Shown here piece after piece: positions 1-17,496 of a stretch of DNA of 64,000 nt. Both the position numbers and the translations under genes were made by a program. The notes beneath the pieces were generated by a model. That model ran no database searches, had not been told where the DNA came from, and was given only the letters and a program-made list of their open reading frames with translations. The stretch comes from Dictyostelium discoideum (lineage: Eukaryota): contig CM000153.2 in NCBI GenBank assembly GCA_000004695.1, positions 2,080,001-2,144,000 of the forward strand. Reading direction: 5' to 3'. How positions within the stretch are numbered: the stretch's first letter is position 1; every line of letters begins with the position of its first letter.

Positions 1-1
1 T

Positions 2-4303
<4,302 letters not shown>

Positions 4304-5225
4304 CCATTAAATAAAATGATGAAATCAAACATTGTAAATTAAACACAACCAATTTTTTTTTTTTTTTTTTTTTATTTTAACTAATAAAGTTTTTTCCAAT
4401 AATTTAAAGTTGTGATGGTGAATTAATAGAAAATAAAGAAAAAAGAGTAAAGTTTGATTCTGTTACATTTGGAAATCAAAGTAAAGAAGATTTAATATTG
4501 GAACCAAAAGATGGTAATTTTGATTGTATTGCAGAAATTTATGTACCACCAGAAGCATTAAAAATATTTACAGATGGATACCAATCACAAGCATTCTATT
4601 TGATTATTTTTTTACACCTCCTACTTTTGCATTAAGAGAATTTATTTTAAAAAACAACTTAAGATGTATTTAGGAAAAATTATCAACCAAGGTGTATTTC
4701 AATGCATATTAGAAAGAGCGATAAATTTAAATAATCAAAGGTTTTGATTACAAACTTTATCAAACAACAAATTTACGAGTATGATAAAAACTATAATCAA
4801 GTAATTCAAGAATATAATAAAGAGCATGAAGGGAATAATAGGCATATCGTTCCTTTGATTCCAAATCTCAAAGAAACAATTCATCTTTTTTGGGTAAAGA
4901 TGCGAAATCCTTTGTTGGTTAAAAAGATTATAATAAATATAAAAATAATATATTAAAAAAAAAATTTAAATAAAATAAAATATTAATCGAAAAATTAAAA
5001 AAAAAAATTTATAAACCCAAAAATTGAATCGAATAGTGCATTTATTTTTAGGTTTATTATTATTTATTATATTTATTATTATTTATTATTATTTATTATA
5101 TTAATTAATATTTTTCACAGGACTTTTTTAACTGCTGGAGTGAAAATTTTCACAATATTTTTTTTTTTTTTTTTTTTTCCACTTGATTTTTTACGTCTAT
5201 ATCGATGCACTTATTCATATAAAAA

Positions 5226-6826
5226 ATGAAAAATAATAAATCAAAAAATAATATCAATACTACAACCATAGCACCAGTAGATAATAATAATGATAATAAC
5301 AACAACAAAAATGACAGTAGTAGTGGTAGTATTAATACAAATAAAAATGTATCATATGACACAAAATGTAATATTCATTTAGATCAAGAGATTGAATTAA
5401 TTTGTACAGATTGCAAAGTACCAATATGTAAATTTTGTATAATTAGTAGTGGTAAACATGTTAGACATACATTTGATTTAATTAAAATGGAAAATTCAAA
5501 AGAACTCTTTATTGAATTTAAATCAAAACATATTAAAAATTTACAACAATGTCTTGATGCAGATAAAGAAATTCAAAAAAAATCAAATGAGATATTTAGT
5601 AAAATTGATTCACAACATGCATCAGATTTAGAATCAATAAAAAAGGGATTTGAAGAATTACGTAAAGTAATTAGTGCAGTTGAAACAGATATAACAAGAC
5701 AATTAATAACTAAATTCGATGAGAATGAAGATGTATCAACTAAAATCAAACAATTAATAGAAGATAATAAAAAATCTATAGATTCAATTGTAAATAAACA
5801 TAAAGATTCAATTGATACTTATAAAATTGAACAAATCGTTAATAATAATAAACAATTGAATATTGAATTATTAAAGTATGGTCATAAATCACAATTATTA
5901 TTCAATAATTTAAAAGATAATGAAAATGAAAAACAACTATTTGAATATAAAAAAACAACTTTAAATAGGTTAATTGATTCAACTAAACAATCAATTACCA
6001 ATTCATTTAAAATCAATTCTGACCAATTTTATAATCCAGAACCGGATTCTTTTGAATGTAATGTATCCAAATTATAAAATAATATTGATAATATGCAAAC
6101 ATATATATATATTAACTCTTTTATAATTTTATTATTGTTTTATTTTAAAAAGTACGTGGTGTAAAATTTAAAATATATAGGGATGGAACAAAAAATGTAA
6201 ATTTTAATAGTTCTGTAGCATTTGGACCACATAATAAAACTTCTATTCGTTTTTCCATCTTCCACTCTCTCACTACTGTATGCTTAATGGATGGATTTGA
6301 TCAAACACTTTATGCTAATACATTACCAACATCAATAACAGATTTATATATTGGTGATATTAAATCCAATTTAGTTGTAGGTTCAATTCCTAAAAGTGTT
6401 AAATCATTATTTTTAATGGATGGATTTAGTCGATCATTAGAATCTGGTATTATTCCAGAAAATGTAGAAAATCTCTATATAGGTAAAATTAAATCAAAAT
6501 TAAGTAATACTTCAATTTCTAGTTCTAATAATCCACTTTACCACTATGGTGCCTATAATAAAAGATCATTATACTTGATGGATGGTTTCGATCAAAACTT
6601 AACATCTCAAATGTTTTCAAATGGTACTTTAGAAACTATATGTTGTGGTGATACTGATGTTATCATTCAATATGGTATTACAGTCTCAAATTCTGGATCC
6701 TATACACCTGTCATTTATAATCAAAAATATAAACACACCAATAAAAGACAACTAGATGAAAAAAGAGAATGGGGTGATTCTTCATTCAAAATTACATATA
6801 TCAAAAATTTCTTTAATCACAATTGA
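5226..6826 (+). CDS. Protein with a B-box zinc finger, a coiled coil and FNIP-like repeats. Exons: 5226..6057 and 6153..6826.
   Basis: CNIHLDQEIELICTDCKVPICKFCIISSGKHVRH fits the B-box C-x2-H-x7-C-x2-C-x5-C-x2-C-x6-H-x2-H pattern and a heptad-rich coiled coil follows. A donor t|GTAATG at 6058 (phase 1) and an acceptor AAAAAG| at 6152 join in frame to ...LRGVKFKIYRDGTKNVNFNSS... and on into ORF 6287..6826 (MDGFDQTLYANTLPTSITDLYIGDIK...), which has FNIP-type periodicity. B-box plus FNIP is a recurrent Dictyostelium domain architecture. Confidence 0.5.
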
Positions 6827-7290
6827 TATTGATGATGATGATGATGATGATCATAGGTATTAGGATTATAAATATAGTTAATATTTTATGTTGATTCAAT
6901 TAAAGTAAGGAATACCATTAAACATAAATAAAAATGTGTGTTAAAAAAAAAAAAAAAAAAAAAGAATTCAAAAAACAGAATGATTACATTGATTTTTTTA
7001 TTTTTTTTTTATTTTATATCATTTCGTGTATTTTTTGAGTGATCCATATGTAAAAAATAAATAAAATTTAATTATTGTTAAAAAATGAAAAAAAAAAAAA
7101 AAAAAAAAGAATGAAAATATTTTATTTTTTATTTTTATTTTTATTTTAAAACCAACGCATTTTAATTATCTGAATGAGGTGATTGGTTAAAAAGAATTTT
7201 TTTAATTTTTTTTTTTTTTTAATTTTTTTTTTTTTTGTAACCCCAGATTTTTTCAAATATCTAACTTTTTTTTTTCACTTTTTTTCTTCA

Positions 7291-7321
<31 letters not shown>

Positions 7322-7339
7322 AAATAGACTTTCAGCGAA

Positions 7340-7607
7340 ATGGAAAATAATAATAATGAACCTGCAGAAACAGTCCAAGAAAAAGGACCAAAACTAAAAA
7401 ATGACATTGATTTAAATGACCAATTTAAAGATGAAAAAGAAAAAAAAGAGGAAATATCAAGTTCCTCAATTGAAAATAAAAATAATAATAATAATAACAC
7501 TTCCACCAATAATGTAATACCAAATGAAAGTAATAATAACATTTCTAACAACAATGTAATATCAAATGAAAATAATAATACCAATAATAATACCGATAAT
7601 AATACCG

Positions 7608-7650
<43 letters not shown>

Positions 7651-8660
7651 ACCTGTAACATCATTTACTGTTAATAATAAAAGTTTAATTGAAAAAGAAC
7701 CAACATTATTTGAATTTAATCAAGAACAACAAATTAAATATAAAAATAAAAGTATTAATAGTTTAATAATAAAAAGATCTGGTATAGTAATTAAAATCAG
7801 TCAAAAGAAATCAACTATAATATATCAAGATTCAATAATTGCTTGTTCAGAATTACCCGATAATTTTGATACAGCAACGACAACAACCACCACAACAACA
7901 ACACTACCAATAAAAGTAACATTATTTACATGTGTATTAAAGAAAAAGCAATTAACAATTGATAAAGAACAAAGAAAAAGAAAATCTTATACTTTTCAAT
8001 TTAAAAGCAATCAAGATTCTTTAAATTTTTATTCAAATATTCAATCAACATTTTTAAATTCATTACCAAGTATGTTTATTAAATTAATTAATTAATATTT
8101 TTTAAAAACTTCTTACATATTAACTTTTTTTTTTTTTTTTTTTTTTAGGAGGTAATCCAAAGAATAGAAAGATTAGAATTTTAATTAATCCAAAATCAGG
8201 TAAAAAGGAAAGTCATAATATTTTTAAAGAGGTTGAACAATTATTTAAAGATTCAGGTATAAAAATGAAATTAACTGTTACTATGGAACCAGAACATGCG
8301 AAAAAGATTGGATTCAAATCGAATATTTACAAGTATGATACCGTTGTATTTATATCTGGTGATGGTTTATTACATGAATTTATAAATGGATTATTATCAC
8401 GTGAGGATTATGAAGATGCTAAAAAGATACCACTTGCATTAATACCAGCTGGTACTGGTAATGGTTTAGCCAATTCAATTGGTTTACAAGATCCAATGTC
8501 TGCTGCTTTAGCTATTTTACGTGGTTTCACTAAACCTTTAGATGTTTGTATTGTACAACAACCAACTGTAACAACAATTCCTGTCGTTGATAATAATACA
8601 GTAACAACAACAACTACTACTACTTCTCCAACTAGTGCTTCTCCAACTATTACATCAGCA

Positions 8661-8739
<79 letters not shown>

Positions 8740-9701
8740 GTAATATTACAAAATGGTGTTCAATTTTATCATTAACATGGGGACTAGTTTCAGATGTTGA
8801 TATTGAATCAGAAAAGTATAGATCGTTAGGTGATTTACGTTTAATTATAGGTGCAGCAGTACGTATTTTAAATCTACGTATTTATAGAGGAAAAGTTTAT
8901 TTTTTACCAGCTATTCCTTTGGATAAATCTCAAATGCAATCAATTCCAAAATGTTCATTCGATTGTAATATTTGTGATAGTTCAAATTCTGTTAAAGTTA
9001 TTGAAGATTTAGTTTGTAATGATAATGATAATAATAATAAAAACAAAAATGAAGAACAAAATGAAATAAATTCAACTACAAGTAATAATAATAATAATAA
9101 TAATACTACAACTACATCAACATCATCATCAACATCGACATCGACATCAACATCATCATTAACAGCAACAACAACAACAGCAAAATCAACAAATTCATTA
9201 TCGTCATCACCAAGAAGTGATATTAATATGAGTTCAAATTCAATTTCAAAATCATTAGATATTGGTACAATACCTTCATGCAAAGTAACACACAATTCAA
9301 ATCTTTTGAATGAATCAAGTGATTCATTACTTTCAAAAGGTTGGAAATGTATTGAAGGTGAATTCATTGGTGTTGTCGCAAGTACAGTTTCACATTTAGC
9401 ATCAGATTTTATATCATCCCCAAATGCTCATTTATCAGATGGTTTAATTGATTTAATTTTCATTAATAATCGTTCGAAATTAAGTAAAGCAAGTTTATTA
9501 TCAATTTTAACAGATTCTGCAACTGGTGATCATTTAAAATCTGATCTAATCGAACATCATAAAGTAAAAGCTCTCATCTTGGAACCTTCAATTCAAAAAC
9601 ATGGTATTGTTGCAATTGATGGTGAAAGAATACCATATGCTAAAACTTCTATGGAAAATATTAGAGGTTGTTTAAATTTAATTTGTAGATCTTATCATTA
9701 A
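7340..9701 (+). CDS. sgkB: Sphingosine kinase (DAGK-type lipid kinase catalytic domain) with an Asn-rich N-terminal extension. Exons: 7340..8069 and 8149..9701. Predicted length 760 aa.
   Basis: The donor ccaa|GTATGT sits at 8070 and the acceptor T-run+TAG| at 8148, both phase 1. Exon 2 opens ...[53 protein letters not shown], followed by [16 protein letters not shown] and [17 protein letters not shown]. Those are the sphingosine-kinase C1-C3 motifs (RxxVxxNPxxGKG and SGDGLxHEVxNGL). The symbol is a guess based on the predicted length of 760 aa. Confidence 0.7.
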
Positions 9702-10140
9702 TCTATTTTATTTTTGGTTTTTTTTTTTTTTTTTTTTTTTTTTCTTTCCAAAACAAAAATAAAAATAAAAGTAAATAAATGAAATTTTATGATTATAGAA
9801 AAATGAAATATTATTTTTAGTTTCCAAAAAATAAAAAAAAAATAAATAAAAAAAAAATATTTTTTGATCAAAAAATTTATTTTTTTTTTAATTTTTTTCT
9901 TTTTTTTTTTTTTTTTTAATTTCAATTTTGTTTGGAGTTTGTGCTGTTCACATTTTTTTAATTAATTTTTTTTTAAAATTTTTTTAATTTTTTTTTTAAT
10001 TTCAATTTTTTTTTTTTTTTTTTTTTTTATTGTTATTCCATTATTTACACATACACTTACACACATCATCATCATAATCATATATTTTTAATAGATATTG
10101 ATATATATATTTAAAAAAATAAAATAAAATAAAATAAAAA

Positions 10141-11556
10141 ATGTCAACAGAGGAAACAAAAAAAGAGCAAGCACTTCAAAATTATAGAGATCGTTTAATA
10201 GAACATAAAAATGCAGAACTTAGATTAAATAAAGCTCACGAACTTATTAAAAAATTAAAAAAAGATTTTCAAAAAACAGAGGATCACATTAAAACTATTC
10301 AATATATTGGTGAAATAATTGGTGAAGTTTTAAGATCATTAGATGAAGAAAGATGTAAGTTAAATAATAATAATAAAATTTCATATATAATTTATTTTAA
10401 AAAATAACATATAAAATAAATAATATTATTATTGTTTTTTTTTTTATAACTTAATTTATTTCTAACTTTATTTTATAATTTTTTTTTTTTATAATATTAA
10501 ATTATAATTTTTTTTTTTTTTTTTTTCTTTATTTTTTATTATAAAAAATAAAATAAAATAAAATAAAATAAAATTAATCAATAATTAGTTATTGTTAAAG
10601 CATGTAATGGACCAAGATATGTTGTTAGATGTGCAAATTATCAAGATAAAGCACATTTATTAGTACCAGGTGCACGTGTTACATTAGATTTAACAACATT
10701 AACAATTTTAAAGATATTACCACGTGAAGTTGATCCAATCATTTTCAATATGACAGCTGAATCACCAGGTAGTGTATCGTATGGTGAAATTGGTGGATTA
10801 AGTAATCAAATCAGAGAGTTAAGAGAAGTTGTAGAGTTACCATTGATGATTCCAGAGTTATTTATTCGTGTTGGTATTAAAGCACCAAAGGGTGTATTAT
10901 TGTATGGTCCACCAGGTACTGGTAAGACATTGTTAGCTCGTGCTATCGCATCAAATTTAGAGGCAAATTTCTTAAAGGTTGTTTCATCTGCAATCGTTGA
11001 TAAATACATTGGTGAGAGTGCTCGTGTAATTCGTGAGATGTTTGGTTATGCTCGTGATCATCAACCATGTGTGATCTTTATGGATGAAATCGATGCAATT
11101 GGTGGTAGACGTTTCTCAGAGGGTACTTCTGCAGATCGTGAAATTCAAAGAACACTCATGGAATTATTAAATCAAATGGATGGTTTCGATACTCTCTCAA
11201 AGGTTAAAATCATCATGGCTACAAATCGTCCTGATGTTTTAGATCCTGCCCTCCTTCGTCCAGGTCGTTTAGATAGAAAAATAGAAATTCCTTTACCAAA
11301 TGAAGCTGGTCGTGTCGATGTTCTTAAAATTCATGCTGCAAATATCACCAAACATGGTGATGTAGATTATGAAGCTATCGCTAAATTAGCTGATGGTTTC
11401 AATGCTGCTGATTTACGTAATGTATGTACTGAAGCTGGTATGTTTGCAATTAGAGCTGAAAGAGATTATGTAATGGAAGAAGACTTTATGAAAGCTGTTA
11501 GAAAATGTCAAGAAGCAAAGAAATTAGAAGGTAAACTCGATTATCAAAAAGTTTAA
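10141..11556 (+). CDS. psmC6: 26S proteasome regulatory AAA-ATPase subunit Rpt4 (PSMC6/S10b). Exons: 10141..10354 and 10589..11556. Predicted length 393 aa.
   Basis: The donor t|GTAAGT sits at 10355 and the acceptor AATTAG| at 10588, both phase 1. The spliced protein reads ...[52 protein letters not shown]...[46 protein letters not shown]...[39 protein letters not shown]. It can be aligned to human PSMC6 along almost its whole length. Confidence 0.9.
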
Positions 11557-11814
11557 AAAAAAATTTATAATTTCTTTTTTTTAGGATTAATCTTAAAAAT
11601 AATAATAATAATAATAAACTAAAAATCATGTATCTATCAATTTAATTAAATAAAATAAAAAAAATAAAAAAAAAAAGTTATAAAACAAATAAATTCAAAT
11701 GTAATAAAAAGAATATTTCTTTTAAAAAAAATGTAATAATACTTTTATGTTTTTTATTTTTAATTTATTAATTTTATTTATTGTCTAATTATTAATTTGG
11801 TTTATTTATATTAA

Positions 11815-12957
11815 TTAAACAGCAGAAAAACCCATATCACCAAAATTTATATTTGGAAAATTCATAAATCCAAGACCAGAATTAAAATCAATAAAATTGT
11901 TGGCATTTTGGAAATCTAAAGATTGTTGATTTTGAGGTGATTGGTTTTGTTGTTGTTGATTTTGTTGTTGATTTTGTTGTTGATTTTGTTGTTGTTGTTG
12001 TTGAATTGCAACTTGTTGGTGTTGTTGTTGTTGTTGTTGAGCTTGTTGTTGCATATATTGTTGTTGCATCAAATATCTTTGAGCTTGTTGTTGTTGCTGT
12101 TGTTGTTGTAAATGGTATTGTTGCATATAGTACTGTTGTTGTTGTTGTTGATCCATAGTTTGTTGCATGTATTGTTGTTGAGCAGCTTGTTGCATTTGTA
12201 ATTGTTGTTGCATTTGTAATTGTGGATCAATATAAGTTGTATAATCAAGTTGACCTTGTTGTTGTTGTTGTTGTGGTTGTTGACCTTGTTGTTGGTTTTG
12301 TTGTTGTTGTTGTGGTTGTTGTTGTTGTTGTTGTGGTTGTTGTTGCATTTGTTGTTGTTGTTGTTGTTGAACTTGTTGTTGGGACTGTTGTTGTTGTTGG
12401 ATTTGTTGTTGTTGTAATTGTTGAGATTGTTGTGGAACAACAGAATTTGAATTTGAAGGATTAAACATATTGAAATAAGTTTCGTAAGATTGATTAATAT
12501 GATCAACTTTTTGTTTATATGGACAAACTTTACAAGAACAAGGATTATCTGGATTATTTTCACCACAAGCTCCACCACTTGAACCACCGCATTTATCTTT
12601 AAAGTTTTCATCTTTTTTAAGTTCAACTTTAACCATTTCTAATATTTCACACATTGTTTGAGCATCATTTGCACAAGTATTAATCTTAAATGCACCATCT
12701 GCACCATCTGGATCAAGGCATTGTAATTGTTTAAATGCACCAATAAATTCTTTAAATGCACTTTGGAATTCATCTTTACTATTTAAAATTGGTTTATTGA
12801 TATTTTCATCATTTTCGGTATTATTGATTATATTATTATTATTATTATTACATTCGGTATTTTCAATTTTAACAATATGTTCGTTATTTTCATTATTATT
12901 ATTATTATTATTATTACAAGAAGAAGTAGTAGTTGTTGTAGTTGTTGTAGTGGATGT

Positions 12958-13044
<87 letters not shown>

Positions 13045-13913
13045 GTTATTATTATTAATATTATTATTATTATTTATATTATTTGTTACATTATTTAATA
13101 ATTGTTGTTGTTGCTGTTGTTGTTGAATTAATTGAATGATATTATTTTCTTTATCATGATAACATAATTTTTTTAATAGACGTTGTTGTTCTTTTTGTTG
13201 ATGTTCAATTCTATTGAGGGTATCCATTAAAGAATCAGTTGGAGCTCTCTTTCTCTTTTTAGCTTTCTTTTTAACTTGATCAGGTTTTGAAACCACTCTA
13301 ATTGGATGAGTTATGACAGAGAGGCCATGAGTTTCTTTACGAGTTCTTGGATCTACTATTTTAACCTTAGCACGGAATAACATATCTTCAAGTTGTGATG
13401 ATAATACTTTAATTCTAAGTTCAATGGTTAATTGATCACCTTCTTCATTGGCACGTGTTTTATACTCTAATGGTTTAACAGTGGCAGAATCAACTTCTTT
13501 TAAACTTTCACTATCGTATACTAATTGAACTTCGGGTGTTAATTGATGAAAGTTTAAACTACTATCCAATAAAGATAGAGTCAAAAGGAATGGATTATTT
13601 TTTACAACTACATGAACATTCTTTTGAACACCATTCTTACTAAATTTCTCTTCGACAAGACATGTTTGTTGTGATATCATTATTCTCTTATTTGATGTAC
13701 CATTCAATAGTAGATTTGGACTACTTGTTGTTGATGGTGAATTTAAACTTGAATTATTTGAAATGGTTATTGGTGATGATATTGCTGATGGTGAGTTTGT
13801 AAGATTAGCTGGTGATGCTTGCAATTGTCCAATTTGTGGTGTATTTGTTGATGATGATTTATTTGATGTTAAATTATTACTTGCATTATTATTATTATTA
13901 TTATTATTATTAC

Positions 13914-13944
<31 letters not shown>

Positions 13945-14220
13945 GTTGTTATTCGTATTTATACAATTTGGGGACATTGTACTACCATTTGTAGTACCAT
14001 TTGGTGAATTTGAATAATCTGGAACATTTCTTAATTGTTGTTGTTGAGGTTGTTGTTGTTGTTGTTGTAAATGATGTAAATGTGGCACAACATGTTGTTG
14101 CATTTGTTGTTGATTCATCATCATACCATTATTTCCATTATTATTATTATTAAATGATTGATTAGAACCTTGCGCACCATAATGACCCAAATCAATATTA
14201 TGAAAATTTTGACTTTGATT

Positions 14221-14223
<3 letters not shown>
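11815..14223 (-). CDS. Gln/Asn-rich putative nuclear protein, 802 aa, single exon. It has a conserved central domain, a basic NLS-like stretch KKKAKKRKR and a Cys-rich C-terminal segment.
   Basis: One continuous minus-strand ORF runs between terminal poly-Q blocks, encoded as (TTG)n on the plus strand. The central, non-repetitive region is NPFLLTLSLLDSSLNFHQLTPEVQLVYDSESLKEVDSATVKPLEYKTRANEEGDQLTIELRIKVLSSQLEDMLFRAKVKIVDPRTRKETHGLSVITHPIRVVSKP. A Cys-rich stretch GGSSGGACGENNPDNPCSCKVCPYKQK follows. This architecture is reminiscent of Dictyostelium CudA-type nuclear factors, but I cannot verify that. Confidence 0.55.
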
Positions 14224-14257
<34 letters not shown>

Positions 14258-14293
14258 ATAAATGGTAATTCTTATTTATTAAATTTTAACTTA

Positions 14294-14329
<36 letters not shown>

Positions 14330-15344
14330 AAAAATAGAAATTACTATTTATTAATTTTTTTAATCAATTGACTAATAAAATTTTATATAAAAAAATTAAA
14401 TAAAAAAAAAGATTTAAAAAATTATTATTTTATTTGTTTATTTTATTTTTTTTTTTATATTTTATTTTATTTTTTTATTTTTTTATTTTTTTTTTATGAT
14501 GATACAAATAAAATCTAGATATTTATAAATAAATATATATTTATATAATACTATATACCTTATAAATATATATATATAAAGTAATTTATAATGGTGGGTG
14601 GGGTAATAATTTTTTTTTATTTTTTTTTTGTGCGAGTATGATTTTTATTAATTTTATTTTATTTATTTATTTATTTATTTTTTTTTTTTTTATTTTTTTA
14701 TTTTTTTATTTTTTTATTTTTTTTTATATTTTTTATTGATGAACAAAGAGGAGGGTAAAATAAATTTAATAGTAATGATAATAATAATTATTGAAATATA
14801 AAAATTTAGGGAAACAATTATCTATCTTTTTTTGAGAAAAAAAAAAACAAACTGAATATAATTGATAAAAAAGAATTGAAAAAAACAACTAAATATACAA
14901 ATAAAAAAAAATAATAAAAAATTTTAAAAATTTGTAAAATGATTAAATTTAATTTTGCTTTTCTACATAAAATAATTAAAAATAAATAATTAAGGATTAT
15001 TTAATTTTATATGATAATAATAATTATTATTATTTTTATTATTATTATTTTTATGAGGAGACATATAAAATGTGTGTGTTAGTGGGTATATAATTTTTGA
15101 GTGGGTTTATTTAAAAATTTATATGTATTTAAATAGAATTTAATTTTTTTTTTTTTTTTTTTTTAATTTTTTTTTTTTTTTTTTTTTATATTTTTATTAT
15201 TATATTAAATAAAATAATATAATAAAATACATGTGCTCAAATGAATTAACCCCTCAAAAACATAATAATTGGATAGTTATTTTTTTTTATTTTTTTTTTC
15301 TCTGTGTGTTTGTGTGGGATATCTATTTGTTTATTGTGTGACAA

Positions 15345-15391
<47 letters not shown>

Positions 15392-15495
15392 ACATATAAA
15401 CTATCATCTTTTTATAAAAAATAATAAATTAATAATAATTATATAATCACTATCCAGGGTTTGGGAAAGGGGGGACCCTCTTATTTTAAAAAATG

Positions 15496-15554
<59 letters not shown>

Positions 15555-16065
15555 AATCCAACTTACAAACACACTTAAACCCACATACTCAACATAGTAG
15601 TGTTACTACTTTGTTAGTATGTGTTGTTATTGTTGTTGTTATAATAATAGTTTTCTTTTTATTTTTTATTTTTTTTTTTTTTTTAATTCTTTGTTTTATT
15701 TTTATAGTTTGATGGTAGATATTGGTATACTAAATATATAAAAATTGGATTTTTAACAATACTCAACAATGGTGTTATTTAATCGTTGGATGGGTGGTTT
15801 GGTGTGTTGGTAAGTGGTTACTTTACAAACCACCAATTATTTGGATAAAATTATTATTTTTCATTTGTTCTTTGATTAAATTTTATCACTTTAATTATTT
15901 TAATATACACAACACAATTACACACATACACACACACACACTCACATCCACAACCACACAACCAATTATATACACTCCCTATGTTCTATTGATGTTAAAG
16001 TTAGTTTACAAAAAAATAATTAATTTAATTGGGTGGAGAAAGAAGGAGGGGACACTTTAGTTGCG

Positions 16066-16107
<42 letters not shown>

Positions 16108-17496
16108 GTGTTTAATGTATCTCTGAAGGATAATCTTAATAATGGAAATAAAGTTTTATTTATTTTTATTTTTATTTTTATTTATTTTATTATTTTTTTT
16201 TTTTTTTTTTTTTAAAAATAAAGAAAAACAAAAATAAATAATAATGACAATAATATCAGGGGATGTTTTAATATAAAATATGGTGTGACATTTTGGTGTT
16301 ATTGTTTTGTGATTTAAAATTATTCATCTAAGGAAATTAAGGTTTTGGAAAAAAAAAAAAATTTAAAAAAAAAAAAGCAAAACAAAAAAGCAAATAAAAA
16401 AATTTAGAGATTTATAAAAATACACATAACACATTGCATTTTATTAATAAAATTGTAATTTGCAATTTTTGATGTAATGTTTGTATTTTTTTTAATTTTT
16501 ATTATTTTTTTTATTTTTTTTATTTTCCTGATTTAAATTATTGAAAAAAAAAAAAATAAACAAGATTGTGGTTAAAAAAACAAAAAAAGAATTTTTAAGA
16601 TATCTCTTTGGATTGTCGCTTACTGTGATTTTAAAATCTTTTTTTTTTTTTTTTTTTGGAGTTCATCAATATCATCTTATCTTTTGTAATAGGTTTGATT
16701 TTTTTTTATTTTTATTTATTTTTTTTTTATATTTATTTTTTTTTTTTTTTTATTTTTTATTCTTAATTAATTTTATTTAAAAATTTAAATCTTCATTAAT
16801 GTTTTTGATTTAAATTATTATTTTTTTTTTATTTTTTTTATTTTTTTTTAAAAACTAAAACACACCCAAATTATGGTATTTAATAGATTATCTTAAAACA
16901 TTAATGATGTAACCCCCTTTTAATTTTAAAAAAAATAAAAAAATATATTTGGTAATCAAAATAAAAAAGATTTTAAATATAAAAAAAATTTAAAAAAAAT
17001 CTTTATTTTTTTAAAAAAAAAGACTTTGTGTTGTTATTATTATAAAAAAAAAAAAGATTAAAAAAAGTTTTGTTTTGGAAAAAAAATTTTCCCGCTTTTT
17101 TTTAAAAATTTTTTTTAATAAACAGTTGAAAAAAAACCAGATGATCTCAACCAGACAATGAAAAAAATAAAAAAAAATAAAAAAAAAAAAAATTAATATA
17201 TAACTTTTATGTTCGTATTACTTTTCTTTTTTTTTTTTTTTTATAAAATTTTTTTTATTTTTTATTCTCCCTTTTTTTTTTCTTTTTCAATAAATTAACC
17301 GCCAAATTCATTGGGATATATTTATATATTATATTATTTATTTAATATTTATATTATTTCTTTGTATTTTTAGATTATTAAAATAATAAATAGAAAAAAA
17401 AAAAAAAAAAAAGATACGATTTATCATAATACATAATAATATATACATATAAATTATTTTTTTAAAAAGAAAAAAAAAAAAAAAAAAATAAATTAT

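Noticed and set aside
11937-13126. Plus-strand ORFs (poly-V, poly-L, poly-I) and the minus-strand poly-N ORF 12069..12626, all inside the Q-rich gene.
   Set aside because: They are alternative-frame or opposite-strand readings of the (TTG)n and (ATT)n repeats. The long minus-strand ORF 11815..14223 explains the region.
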